Source: Pelagibius sp. (GTDB lineage Bacteria > Pseudomonadota > Alphaproteobacteria > Kiloniellales > Kiloniellaceae). Taken from it: a DNA stretch of 64,000 bases. Positions 45,533-54,825 of the stretch are shown here, piece after piece; positions within the stretch are counted from its first letter, which is position 1; every line of letters starts with the position of its first letter. The stretch covers positions 139,598 through 203,597 of the forward strand of contig NZ_JANQKD010000023.1 of assembly GCF_028281305.1 (NCBI RefSeq), read 5' to 3'. A program made the translations under genes and the position numbers. The notes under the pieces are model-generated. The model searched no databases. It was not told the origin of the DNA and worked only from the letters and a program-made list of their open reading frames with translations.

Positions 45533-45669
45533 GGGCCGACCCGGACCTCCTGATGGTCTTTCATCTCGCCGCGATGCTCGGACGCACGGTCGGGGAGCTG
45601 GTGCAGACCCTGACCGTCGCGGAGTTCAACTACTGGGTCGGCTATTTCAAAGTGAAGAACGGCAAATAG
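45523..45669 (+). other. -1 programmed frameshift and gpT-like extension
   Basis: GGGAAAC at 45523-45529; the -1 frame reads GKLRADPDLLMVFHLAAMLGRTVGELVQTLTVAEFNYWVGYFKVKNGK* and ends 3 nt before the TMP start. Confidence 0.85.
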
Positions 45670-45672
45670 GCT

Positions 45673-47556
45673 ATGGCAATTTCGCTCGGCAAATCGCTGA
45701 AGTTCTCGATCCTCGGCAAGGACAAGTCCGCCGCGGCGATGAATTCGGTGAAGCGTGGACTCTCGGGCCTGAAGTCCGCGATGGGCGCGGTGATGACTGC
45801 GACCAGGGCGGTTGCGACAGCCGGCGCGGCCCTGGTGGCCGGTTTTGTGGCCCTGATTGCCAAGACAGAGGCGGCAACGGATCGGATCGGCAAACTATCG
45901 ACCCGCCTCGGGGCCAGTACCGAGGCGCTGTCCCAGTACGAGTTCGTCGCCAAGCGCAGCAACGTTGCTTTCGAGGCCCTGACCCAGGGCTGGCAGCGCA
46001 TGACGCGGCGGATCTCCGAGGCGGCGAACGGCACCGGCGAGGCCAAGGACGCGCTGCGGGAACTCGGTCTGTCCGCTACGGATCTGGAGCGCCTGCGTCC
46101 GGAGGAGCAGTTCGAGGTTCTGGCCGATGCCTTGGCCGGCGTTGAAGGGCAGGCGGACCGCGTGCGCCTGGCTATGAAGCTCTTTGACAGTGAGGGCGTC
46201 GCGCTCCTGCAGACCATGAAAGGCGGGTCGGCAGCGATCCGCGAGATGCGGGCTGAGGCAGATGCGCTGGGCGTGACCATCACCCAGGAGATGGCTGAAG
46301 CAGCGGCCCGGTCGCGCGACCAGATGGTCCGCCTGGAAGCGGCCTTCAGGGGACTCACCATCGCGGTCGTGAATGCGCTGGGTCCGGCCCTGACGCAACT
46401 GACGATCTGGCTGTCAGAGATGGTGCCCCGGGCGGTTCAGTTTCTGCACGAAACCCTGTTGAACATGCGGATCAACATCCTGGCCGACGCACAGGCCATC
46501 GTCGATGGCATCGCCTCGATGTTGGACGCCCTGGCCGCGCTGCCGGAGTTCGCCGGGGGTCACTTCTTCGAGGAGCAGGCCCTGGCGCTGAAGCTGTTCT
46601 CTATCGAACTGGGGTCCATGCGCTACGAGGCGGAACTCGCGCTGCAGACCTTCAAGGAGGGCGTGCCGGCGGTCAGCGAGTTCGGGCAGGGCTTCGAGGA
46701 TCTGGCGGGCAGCGTCGGGAAGGTGGGGATCGAGGCCAAGGACCTGAAGCGCGACTTCGACGCCATGCTGAAGACCCGCGATCAGTATCTCCGGGGGCTG
46801 GAAAACGAAGCCGAAGCCGTCCGGCGCGCCGTAGAGACGCCGATCGAGGCCTACAACCGCCAGATCGAAAAGCTCAAGCAACTGCGCGACGAGGGACTGA
46901 TCACGCAGGAGACCTTCGGCCGCGCTACCAAGCAGGCGGAGGAGACGCTCAAGAAGGAGCAGGAGGCACTGGAGGGAGTGCGCAAAGAAATGGACCTGCT
47001 GACGGAGGCCGTGCGCACCGGAGACCGGGCGCTTTCCGGGTCCATGAACACGCTCCGCGACTGGGGCCGGCTGGCACTGGACATCATCCATAAGATCATC
47101 CAGGCCATGGTCTCCGTCCCAAAGCAGGGCGGCGGCGGGTTTAAGCTCGGCGACATTGGCGGCATCATTCTCAATCTGGGGTCTTCAGTCTTCAGCGGCG
47201 GGTCTCTTGGGCCGCAGTTCACGGGGTCGAACATCCAGGCGCAGGGGAGCTTCGCCACGGGCGGGTCCTTCACGGTCGGCGGCTCCGGTGGAACCGACAG
47301 CCAGACCGTCGCCTTCAAGGCAACACCCGGCGAGCGTGTGGACGTCCTCACGCCCGGTCAGCAGCGCGCGCAGGCGGGTATGGGCGGGACAACGGTCTAC
47401 ATCGACGCCCGGGGCAGCAACGGCGATGCGGCCGTCGAGGAAGCGGTGCGCCGCGGGATCGCCAGGGCGGCCCCGGGCCTGATCAATGCCTCGGTCGAGA
47501 CAGTCCGGGGAGAGCGGCAGCGCGACCCGCGGTTCTTCGGCTCGCAGGTGGCCTAA
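45673..47556 (+). CDS. Tape measure protein (627 aa)
   Basis: Ala/Leu-rich helical sequence, IGKLSTRLG, FATGGSFTVGG...PGE C-terminal motif; follows the chaperone. Confidence 0.92.
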   Translation: MAISLGKSLKFSILGKDKSAAAMNSVKRGLSGLKSAMGAVMTATRAVATAGAALVAGFVALIAKTEAATDRIGKLSTRLGASTEALSQYEFVAKRSNVAFEALTQGWQRMTRRISEAANGTGEAKDALRELGLSATDLERLRPEEQFEVLADALAGVEGQADRVRLAMKLFDSEGVALLQTMKGGSAAIREMRAEADALGVTITQEMAEAAARSRDQMVRLEAAFRGLTIAVVNALGPALTQLTIWLSEMVPRAVQFLHETLLNMRINILADAQAIVDGIASMLDALAALPEFAGGHFFEEQALALKLFSIELGSMRYEAELALQTFKEGVPAVSEFGQGFEDLAGSVGKVGIEAKDLKRDFDAMLKTRDQYLRGLENEAEAVRRAVETPIEAYNRQIEKLKQLRDEGLITQETFGRATKQAEETLKKEQEALEGVRKEMDLLTEAVRTGDRALSGSMNTLRDWGRLALDIIHKIIQAMVSVPKQGGGGFKLGDIGGIILNLGSSVFSGGSLGPQFTGSNIQAQGSFATGGSFTVGGSGGTDSQTVAFKATPGERVDVLTPGQQRAQAGMGGTTVYIDARGSNGDAAVEEAVRRGIARAAPGLINASVETVRGERQRDPRFFGSQVA

Positions 47557-47562
47557 GCGACC

Positions 47563-48174
47563 GTGGCTGTCTTTCCGATTGAACTTCCGGTCGCACCGCA
47601 GCGGGTGCGCTGGACAGCGCGAGCGACGGTGGCGCGCACAGAATCGCCCTTTACGCTGCAGCAACAGGTCCAGGTCCACCAGGGCCAGCGCTGGGAGGTG
47701 GAACTGACCTATCCGCCGCTTGACCGCGCCGAGGCGGATGAACTGGCCTCGGCGCTACTGCTCCTGAACGGCGGAGCAGAGACCTTTCTCTTCGGCGACG
47801 TTCTCGGGGCCGCGCCGCGGGGCGTGGCTACGGGTATCCCGGTGGTGAGCGGGGCGGGGCAGATCGGGGATCTGCTGACCACCGCCGGCTGGACCGGCAG
47901 CACGGTTGAGATCATGGCTCCCGGCGATTTCTTCAGCCTCGGTGCCGGGGCGACAACGCGGTTGCACCGCGTGATCGAGACGGCGGACAGCGACGTGGCG
48001 GGCGTTGCGAACCTGCGCATCTGGCCGTCGCTTCGGGAAAGCCCGCTCGATACGGCACCGCTGGCCGTTAACAACGCGAAAGGCGTGTTCCGTCTGGCGG
48101 GCACCCTGGCGAGTTGGGAGATCGCGGAGACGAACCTCTACGGGATCCGCTTCTCGGCGGTGGAATCCCTCTAG
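47563..48174 (+). CDS. Distal tail protein
   Basis: TESPFTLQQQVQVHQGQRWEVELTYPPL, LRIWPSLR; directly after TMP. Confidence 0.75.
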   Translation: MAVFPIELPVAPQRVRWTARATVARTESPFTLQQQVQVHQGQRWEVELTYPPLDRAEADELASALLLLNGGAETFLFGDVLGAAPRGVATGIPVVSGAGQIGDLLTTAGWTGSTVEIMAPGDFFSLGAGATTRLHRVIETADSDVAGVANLRIWPSLRESPLDTAPLAVNNAKGVFRLAGTLASWEIAETNLYGIRFSAVESL

Positions 48175-48186
48175 AAAGGAGAACGC

Positions 48187-48333
48187 ATGGAAGGGCAGAA
48201 GGTGCCACCGCTCGAACAGCAGGTGGCGAAACTGGAACGCTATCTGGCGACCAACCCGAAAGGGCCAAAGACCAAGATGTATCGCGCGAAACTGAAGGCG
48301 CTGCGCCAGGAGATGGGAGGCGGGCATGCCTGA
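48187..48333 (+). CDS. Small hypothetical protein (48 aa)
   Basis: ATG behind AAGGAG; helical and basic. Confidence 0.5.
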   Translation: MEGQKVPPLEQQVAKLERYLATNPKGPKTKMYRAKLKALRQEMGGGHA

Positions 48334-48757
48334 CGTCCGGATCGCGAATGCTGCCGCGATTGCCATGTGCAACGCGGCTGTGGACCTGATCGACGGGGGT
48401 GCCGGTGCGGGCCTATTGAGGATCTATGATGGCGCGCGACCGGCGGACCCGGATGTCGCAGTTGGTGCGCAGGTTCTGCTTGCCGAACTCACAATGTCGG
48501 ATCCGGCATTCGGCAATGCCGTCGACGCGAACCCCGGAGGGCAGGCGACGGCCAACGCGATCACTGCAGACGGCAGCGCGAACGCCTCCGGGACGGCGAC
48601 GTGGTGCCGCATCGTCGACAGCAACGGCGTGGCGATCCTGGATGGGGACGTCGGGGCGACGGCCTCGGGAGCGTTTCTGGAACTGAACACGACTGCGATT
48701 ACCGCCGGGCAGAATGTCTCGGTGTCATCCATGACCTTGACGCAGCCGGAGAGCTAA
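48326..48757 (+). CDS. Putative tail-associated structural protein
   Basis: LRIYDGARPADPD...LLAELTMSDPAFG...GTATWCRI..S.G..ILDG family recurrent in tail modules. Confidence 0.65.
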   Translation: MPDVRIANAAAIAMCNAAVDLIDGGAGAGLLRIYDGARPADPDVAVGAQVLLAELTMSDPAFGNAVDANPGGQATANAITADGSANASGTATWCRIVDSNGVAILDGDVGATASGAFLELNTTAITAGQNVSVSSMTLTQPES

Positions 48758-48777
48758 CGCGCCGACCCGCCATCAGT

Positions 48778-49548
48778 TCAAGAGCGCACGGCGATAGCGT
48801 CGATGACGGATGGGTCGGGGAAAGCGTCGAGGCGAATGTGTATGGTCTCGCCAACGTGGGGGCGCGAGGCCCTGGAAGCATAAAGGATGTAGTCGCCGGA
48901 GAGCATCTGGTCCAGGCGCAGCCTGTCGGCTTCGTTGTGGTACTCCATGTAGATCGCTTTCGGGGCGTACGTCCCAAGGATGCTGCTGAGGATCGGGACC
49001 TCGCAGCCTTCGGTGTCGATCTTAAGGATATCGATGTGGTGCACGCCAAGGGCGGCGATTGCCGAGGCAGCATCGCGCAGGTCAATTCTCTCCGAAACGC
49101 TGGAGTTCAGGCGGGCGCGATGCACGGAGTTCGTGGTGTTCGTGTGCTTCCCGATGAAGAGTTCAGCTTCATGGTCGTGGTCGCTGAGTCCGAAGTTGGA
49201 GATGTGAATGCGACCGAAGGACTTGGTGTTGCTGCAGGCGTAATCATAGCTCTGTCGATGGGGCTCGAAGCCATAAATCTCGGCGCGGGGATAAACTTCT
49301 GCAAACCAGATGGCGGCTGCTCCCACGTTTGCGCCGACATCGACGACGACCGTTGCAGAGGACAGAAAGTCGATGGCCGGATAGGTGCGGCCACGCAAGG
49401 TTGCCTCAATCTCTGAACGGCTGGCTTGGTCGTAGCTGAAGGGTATCCGATTCCCACGAAACCGAATGTGGCTCGTTTCAATCTGAATTGGAAGTGATCT
49501 GGCGGTAATCATGCATGGATTGTGCGTTCCCGTTGAAGTTAGCGGCAA
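48778..49548 (-). CDS. FkbM family methyltransferase (antisense moron)
   Basis: VVDVGANVG, YGFEP, IDILKIDTEGCE; start uncertain. Confidence 0.9.
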   Translation of the reverse strand: MPLTSTGTHNPCMITARSLPIQIETSHIRFRGNRIPFSYDQASRSEIEATLRGRTYPAIDFLSSATVVVDVGANVGAAAIWFAEVYPRAEIYGFEPHRQSYDYACSNTKSFGRIHISNFGLSDHDHEAELFIGKHTNTTNSVHRARLNSSVSERIDLRDAASAIAALGVHHIDILKIDTEGCEVPILSSILGTYAPKAIYMEYHNEADRLRLDQMLSGDYILYASRASRPHVGETIHIRLDAFPDPSVIDAIAVRS

Positions 49549-49585
49549 TAGGAAAATGGCCCTAGGTCAAAAGGGGGTATAAAAG

Positions 49586-51106
49586 GTGGCTTTCGATCCG
49601 ATCGTCGATGTCTCCGGGTGTGTCCTCTGGTATGACGCCGATGACCTTGCGACCATCACCAAGGACGGCAGCGACATTGTCCAGCAATGGGACGATAAGT
49701 CGGGAGACAACAACCATGCCTCTCAGTCGTCCGCCAGCCAAAGACCGCTGTATGTGGCGTCTGGGATTGGCGGGCTGCCGTCAATCCAATTTGACGGATC
49801 GAACGACGAGTTGGATTACGACGCACCAACTGGTATCTCCGGTAGCCAAAATAGAACCGTCTTTGTCGTCTTTCAGAACGATGATGTCCTGGCCGATCAT
49901 GGCGTGTTGTCATTCGGGGACAACGCGACGCGGCAATCCTTTCACCTCGTATCTCGGTCCACTGACCGCTGGGGTGTGGGGCTTTGGGACGACGACTACG
50001 ATAGTACGACCCTGGTGCCTGGCACCTCGGCACGGGTTGGCGCCGCGAAGCTCGACGGCACGACTTTAGGCGACATCACGCTCTATCTCGACGGCACGGC
50101 AGAGAGCGCAAGCGGTGCAGCTGTCGTCAACACAGACAGCGGCTTCGGAGCCATACCCCGTGTGGGCTCGACGCACGGTGTCTCAAATCACGACGGCCTG
50201 ATTTCGGAAGTGCTGATCTACAACACAGCGCTCTCGGACGCCGACCGCCAATCGGTCGAAGGCTATCTGGCGCACAAGTGGGGTCTTGAGGGCAACCTGC
50301 CCAATGGCCACCCTTACAAGCTCGCACCGCCGGGCGCAGATCCCATCGGCCTGGCAACCGGTGGGCTTCCTGTCCTCGGCGGATCTGCTACTGGTTCTAC
50401 CGGGCTTGGAGGAGCTGCTGTTGCAGATCTGACCGCGCTGACCGGCACTGCTGATGGCCTTGTTCAAACGACTGCGACTGGTGCGGGTTCGATTGCACCG
50501 ATTGCGGGACGCGCCAACGGCGTCATCCTGGACTCGACGCGCCGAATCATGACGGATGCGATGGCGAGCGAGACGGCGCAGGCGGTCCTGGCACCGGTTC
50601 TCCTGGCGAAATTTTCTTTCGACGGCGGCGACCTCAGGCTCTGGACCGGTGTCGGCCCGACGGATTTCGATGCGGAGACGTACACGGGAGCAGGCACCTT
50701 CGGCGGAGTCGGTCCGGTTCGCGAAACGGAGTCGGTGCGTGCGACAGGGGCGTCGTTCTCGCTCTCGGGTGTGCCGACCGAGGTCGTCTCGCTGGCCTTG
50801 AACGAGGAATACCAGAATCGCACCGCGCGGCTCTGGCTGGGTTTGATGGACAGCACCAAGCCGGGCGCCGCGTTGATTCCGGATCCGGTTCTGCTGTTCA
50901 AGGGGCGCATGGATGTGATGCGCCACCGCAACCGCGCCGAGGACGCAGACGTGTCGCTGACGGCTGAGAACAGCCTGATCGACCTGGAGCGTCCAAGAGA
51001 GCGGCGCTATACCAGCCAGGACCAGGCCATCGACTATCCGGACGACAAGGGGCTGGAGTTCGTGCAGAGCCTCCAGGACAAGGAACTGTTGTGGGGGCGC
51101 GGATGA
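49586..51106 (+). CDS. LamG/ConA-like lectin domain fused to the baseplate hub (gpL-like) protein
   Basis: N-terminus LWYDADD...WDDKSG..NHA...FDG..D.L...GLISEVLIYNTALS..RQSVEGYLAHKWG; C-terminus LRLWTG...FKGRMD...SLTAEN.LIDLERPRERRYT.QDQ...YPDDKGLEFV. Confidence 0.75.
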   Translation: MAFDPIVDVSGCVLWYDADDLATITKDGSDIVQQWDDKSGDNNHASQSSASQRPLYVASGIGGLPSIQFDGSNDELDYDAPTGISGSQNRTVFVVFQNDDVLADHGVLSFGDNATRQSFHLVSRSTDRWGVGLWDDDYDSTTLVPGTSARVGAAKLDGTTLGDITLYLDGTAESASGAAVVNTDSGFGAIPRVGSTHGVSNHDGLISEVLIYNTALSDADRQSVEGYLAHKWGLEGNLPNGHPYKLAPPGADPIGLATGGLPVLGGSATGSTGLGGAAVADLTALTGTADGLVQTTATGAGSIAPIAGRANGVILDSTRRIMTDAMASETAQAVLAPVLLAKFSFDGGDLRLWTGVGPTDFDAETYTGAGTFGGVGPVRETESVRATGASFSLSGVPTEVVSLALNEEYQNRTARLWLGLMDSTKPGAALIPDPVLLFKGRMDVMRHRNRAEDADVSLTAENSLIDLERPRERRYTSQDQAIDYPDDKGLEFVQSLQDKELLWGRG

Positions 51107-51525
51107 ACCGCCTACCGGACTGGCAAAGCCGACTGGCAGACGCGATCAGGGCCGCTTCCGAGCGGCCCTTTTCTTATGGCGGCCATGACTGCTGTCTGGC
51201 GGTCTGCGATTGCGTCCTGGCCGAAACCGGGATCGACCTTGCCGACGACATCCGCGGCTATTGCGGCAAGTCCGAGGCAGTCGCCGTCCTCAAGCGCTAC
51301 GGTGGAGTGGCTGGGCTCTGTGAGACCAAGGCGAAGATTCACCGCTTGGCGGAGGTGCCGCCGCTTCAGGCGCAGCGCGGCGACGTCGTGATCACGTTGG
51401 AGCGCGGGCGCGACACCCTGGGGATCGTCGATCTTGGCGGCCGGGTGACGCTGTCGGCTGCAGCGCCGAAGGGCTGGGGCGAGCGGCCGTTGCGGGAAGC
51501 CTCACGCGCCTGGAGGATCGGCTGA
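51103..51525 (+). CDS. NlpC/P60-like tail tip protein (gpK-like/DUF6950)
   Basis: RLPDWQSRL...PFSYGGHDCCL...AQRGDVV. Confidence 0.8.
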   Translation: MNRLPDWQSRLADAIRAASERPFSYGGHDCCLAVCDCVLAETGIDLADDIRGYCGKSEAVAVLKRYGGVAGLCETKAKIHRLAEVPPLQAQRGDVVITLERGRDTLGIVDLGGRVTLSAAAPKGWGERPLREASRAWRIG

Positions 51526-53762
51526 TGCCGCCCGCCGCAGCTGTGGTGGCCGGTGCCGTCCTTGCCGGGGTCGGGTCCTTTGCGGCGGGCGCAACGATCT
51601 TCGGGCTTTCCGCCGGCCTGACGGCGGTGATCATCGGTGCCACAAACCTTGTCCTTGGCTTGGGTGCATCGTTCCTTGCAGAGAAGCCGAGTGTCGACCT
51701 CCCGAACCTGAGCAGCTTTACCGCGAGGGCGCAGAACCGGACCCAGACGCTGCGGCAGCCGATCACACCCAGGCGGCTGGTCTACGGCGAAGCCCGGGTT
51801 GCGGGGCCTATGATCTTCGCGGAGTCGACTGGGAACAACCGCTTCCTGCATCTGGTTGTGGCTCTTGGCCAAGGACCCTTCGAGGCCATCGACGAGGTCT
51901 GGCTGAATGCAGACCCGATCTTTTCCGACGACCTCGACAGCGACGGTCTGGTCACGGCGGGCAAGTACAAGAACAAGGTCCGCATCAAGAAGTACCTTGG
52001 GGAAGCCGATCAGGTTGCGGATCCGGATCTGGTCGACGAGGTCGCATCCTGGACGGCGGCACACCGCCTGCGCGGCATGGCCTACATCTACCTGCGACTG
52101 GAGTTCGACAGAGATCTTTTTCCGACCTCGATCCCGAACCCCTCTGCCTGGGTAAAGGGCAGGAAGGTGGCTGATGTTCGGCAGGGCGGGTCGCCTGTGG
52201 TGTGGACGCCAAATGCGGTGCTTTGCACCCGCGACTACATGCTGGATCAAACGCTGGGTCTTGGGGCCGGGCCCGACGAGTTCGACGACGATCAGGCGGC
52301 GGCCGGTGCGAACGTCTGCGACGAGTTCGTGACCGTGCTGGATGCGGACTTCACAGCGTCCGCTGTGTCCGAGGCGGACGATGCTATCGACCTGGACCTA
52401 CCACGGCTGTCGCTGCAGACGGGCGACGTTGTCCAGGTCTCCAGCACGGATGCTTTGCCGGCGGGACTGCAGGCCGGGATCAACTACTTCGCCATCCCGG
52501 TGCGCCGCCGGCAGACCGATCACAAGGACCCGAGGATCCGGCTGGCGGCTTCCTATGCCGATGCGCTGACCGGCACAGCGGTGGATCTGACGGATGCCGG
52601 TAGCGGCACCCTGACCGTGACCAAGAAGGGCGAACCGCGCTACGCCCTGTCGGGTGTGGTGGAAACCGACCGTCCACCCTCGTCGATCATCGAAGAGATG
52701 CTGACGGCGATGGGCGCGCGCGCCGTCTATGGCTCCGGGCAGTGGCGGGTACTCCCGGCGGCCTGGGCGTTGCCCTCGCTGTCCCTGGACGAGAACGATC
52801 TGCGAGGGCCGATCGAGGTCCAGACCAAGATCACGGGCCGGGACCGGTTCAACGCGGTCAAGGGGATCTTCGTTTCGCCGGAGCGCGACGGGCAGCCGGA
52901 CGACTATCCGCCCGCTGTCAATGCGCTCTACCAGGCGGCGGACGGTGGGCGGCGGAAGTTTCGGGAACTCAGTCTCCCCTTCACGACGCGCGCCAACCAG
53001 GCGCAGCGGCTGGCGAAGATCGCTCTGGAGCGTCACCGGCAGGAGATCAGCGTTACCGCCCGCTGGTCCTTGCGTTGCCTGCAGGTTCAGGCGGGGGACA
53101 GGGTGGAGTTGACCAACCAGACCTACGGCTGGGACCGCAAAGTCTTCGAGGTCGAAGCCTGGGCACTGATCTTCGAAGAGAGCGACAGCGACGCCCCGGC
53201 GCTTCTGGTCGAAATGGGGCTGCGGGAAACTGCGGCGGGCATCTTCGAGTTTGATTCCGGTTTGGAAGAAACGCGGGTGGATCTGGCGCCCGATACCAAC
53301 CTGCCGAACCCCTTCGACGTGGCGCAGCCGACCGGCATCGGCGTCTTTACCCAGATCACGCTGACGGCCGCAGGCGACATCGTCCGCAACATCCTGGTCA
53401 CCTGGATGCTGGCGGATGACTTCTACGTCGTCAACGGCGGTCACTACCAACTGCGGTTCAAGAAGTCGAGCGCGACCTTCTGGCAGCAGTCATGGACCAT
53501 CGACGGGGCCGACAACTCGGCACAGACGCCGCCGGTCAATCTGGACGAAAGCTACGACCTTGAGATCCGGTCGGTGAACCATCTGGGCATCACATCGCCC
53601 TATGCACGGGTCTTCGGCTACGTGGTCGGCTCCAGCGGGGCCGGCGTGACGTCGAAGGTGGATGAGGGTCTGGTGTCGGAGTCCGTGACCAACTTCGTGG
53701 ACGAGGGTCTGGTGTCGCAGGCGGTCACGGTGACGAACGACGAGGGAGCGATCGGCAGTTGA
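51525..53762 (+). CDS. Central tail fibre / host specificity protein (J-like)
   Basis: PRRLVYGEARVAGP, HRLRGMAYIYLR, NAVLCTRDYM, RFNAVKG, AQRLAKIALER, FN3-like C-terminus. Confidence 0.88.
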   Translation: MPPAAAVVAGAVLAGVGSFAAGATIFGLSAGLTAVIIGATNLVLGLGASFLAEKPSVDLPNLSSFTARAQNRTQTLRQPITPRRLVYGEARVAGPMIFAESTGNNRFLHLVVALGQGPFEAIDEVWLNADPIFSDDLDSDGLVTAGKYKNKVRIKKYLGEADQVADPDLVDEVASWTAAHRLRGMAYIYLRLEFDRDLFPTSIPNPSAWVKGRKVADVRQGGSPVVWTPNAVLCTRDYMLDQTLGLGAGPDEFDDDQAAAGANVCDEFVTVLDADFTASAVSEADDAIDLDLPRLSLQTGDVVQVSSTDALPAGLQAGINYFAIPVRRRQTDHKDPRIRLAASYADALTGTAVDLTDAGSGTLTVTKKGEPRYALSGVVETDRPPSSIIEEMLTAMGARAVYGSGQWRVLPAAWALPSLSLDENDLRGPIEVQTKITGRDRFNAVKGIFVSPERDGQPDDYPPAVNALYQAADGGRRKFRELSLPFTTRANQAQRLAKIALERHRQEISVTARWSLRCLQVQAGDRVELTNQTYGWDRKVFEVEAWALIFEESDSDAPALLVEMGLRETAAGIFEFDSGLEETRVDLAPDTNLPNPFDVAQPTGIGVFTQITLTAAGDIVRNILVTWMLADDFYVVNGGHYQLRFKKSSATFWQQSWTIDGADNSAQTPPVNLDESYDLEIRSVNHLGITSPYARVFGYVVGSSGAGVTSKVDEGLVSESVTNFVDEGLVSQAVTVTNDEGAIGS

Positions 53763-54439
53763 GCGAACAACGGCAAAAGCGGCGCGATGTCTGGGCGGTG
53801 GTCTCTAACTCGACGCCGACAGAAGGCGAGTTCTGGTACATCACCGACACACACAGCTGGGTCTTCGGTGACGGCTCGACGGTGGGCGGGATTCCGTTCG
53901 GGCCGGGAACCGGTGATTTCAAGAGCACAGCCAAGGCGACCGTCGATCCGGGCTGGCTGCTGGCGGATGGCCGGACCATCGGTTCGCCGACATCGGGCGC
54001 AAACCTGACCGGAGATCAATATCGCGCGCTCTTTACCTGCCTGTGGAACGATTGGTCCGAGACTACAGCGCCCGTGACTCCTGGCGGTCGTGGGGTCTCC
54101 GCTGATCAGGATTGGGCAGACAACAAGGCGATCAGGATCCCGAACCGCCGGGGGTACGCGGAGGTCGGGGCAGATGCGTCGCCGCCGCTGACGGCGCGGG
54201 CCGTCGGCGCGATCTGGGGTGAGGAAGAGGTCACCATTGAGCGCACCCATCTGCCCGCCGAAGGGCTGGACCTGACCCTGCCCCGCAAGTTCGGGAGCAA
54301 CGAAGGCAGCGGCGTTGGCTTCTCCAAGGACAACGGCACCACCAGCGACGGCACGGGCACAACCGAGAACATGGGCGACGGCACCACCCTCCCGATCCAG
54401 CCGCCGTCCATGGCGGCCTATATCTGGATCAAGCTTTGA
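53759..54439 (+). CDS. Tail fibre with Mtd_N-like N-terminus and tail collar domain
   Basis: RRD...TPTEGEFWYITDTHSWVFGDGSTVGG (Mtd N-terminal pattern); GWLLADGRTIG...YRALF...RIPNRRG collar; GEEEVTI...HLP. Confidence 0.78.
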   Translation: MSEQRQKRRDVWAVVSNSTPTEGEFWYITDTHSWVFGDGSTVGGIPFGPGTGDFKSTAKATVDPGWLLADGRTIGSPTSGANLTGDQYRALFTCLWNDWSETTAPVTPGGRGVSADQDWADNKAIRIPNRRGYAEVGADASPPLTARAVGAIWGEEEVTIERTHLPAEGLDLTLPRKFGSNEGSGVGFSKDNGTTSDGTGTTENMGDGTTLPIQPPSMAAYIWIKL

Positions 54440-54472
54440 CGGCGATCCACCGCCGTCGACCGGGTGACACGG

Positions 54473-54495
54473 GCCGCCTCCGGGGCGGCTTTTTT
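54473..54495 (+). terminator. Intrinsic terminator after the tail genes
   Basis: GCCGCC-TCCGG-GGCGGC followed by TTTTTT. Confidence 0.75.
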
Positions 54496-54527
54496 CTTGC
54501 GATGCCAGAGGGTGAGGAGGTCTCCGA

Positions 54528-54791
54528 ATGGAGTGGGGCATAGACGGCGGCGACATCCTGCAGGTCGCCGCCTTTCTTGTGGCGGCTGTGATTTTCGTTC
54601 TGCGGATCGATAAGCAGCTGGGGATCATGAAGGCGGAGATGAAGGCCTTGGAAGGCCGGGTGAACACACTGGAGGAAGGTCTTCGTGATGACGTGCGCGA
54701 GATCAAGGACACGATCAACGCAAACGCCCGCGACAGCAAAGACAATTTCAAGGCGGTCTTCGAACGCCTCGACCACAAGGCCGACAAGTGA
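54528..54791 (+). CDS. Holin-like 1-TM coiled-coil protein
   Basis: N-terminal TM and heptad repeats; immediately upstream of the endolysin. Confidence 0.55.
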   Translation: MEWGIDGGDILQVAAFLVAAVIFVLRIDKQLGIMKAEMKALEGRVNTLEEGLRDDVREIKDTINANARDSKDNFKAVFERLDHKADK

Positions 54792-54825
54792 CGGTCGTTT
54801 CTCAAAAACAGAAGGATGATTTGCG

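Noticed and set aside
35583-54439. Gene transfer agent
   Set aside because: Integrase, repressor, replication genes, a GpA-type cos terminase and a lambda portal indicate a true temperate phage
53759-54439. Diversity-generating retroelement suggested by the Mtd-like N-terminus
   Set aside because: No reverse transcriptase, avd or TR/VR repeat pair seen in the window
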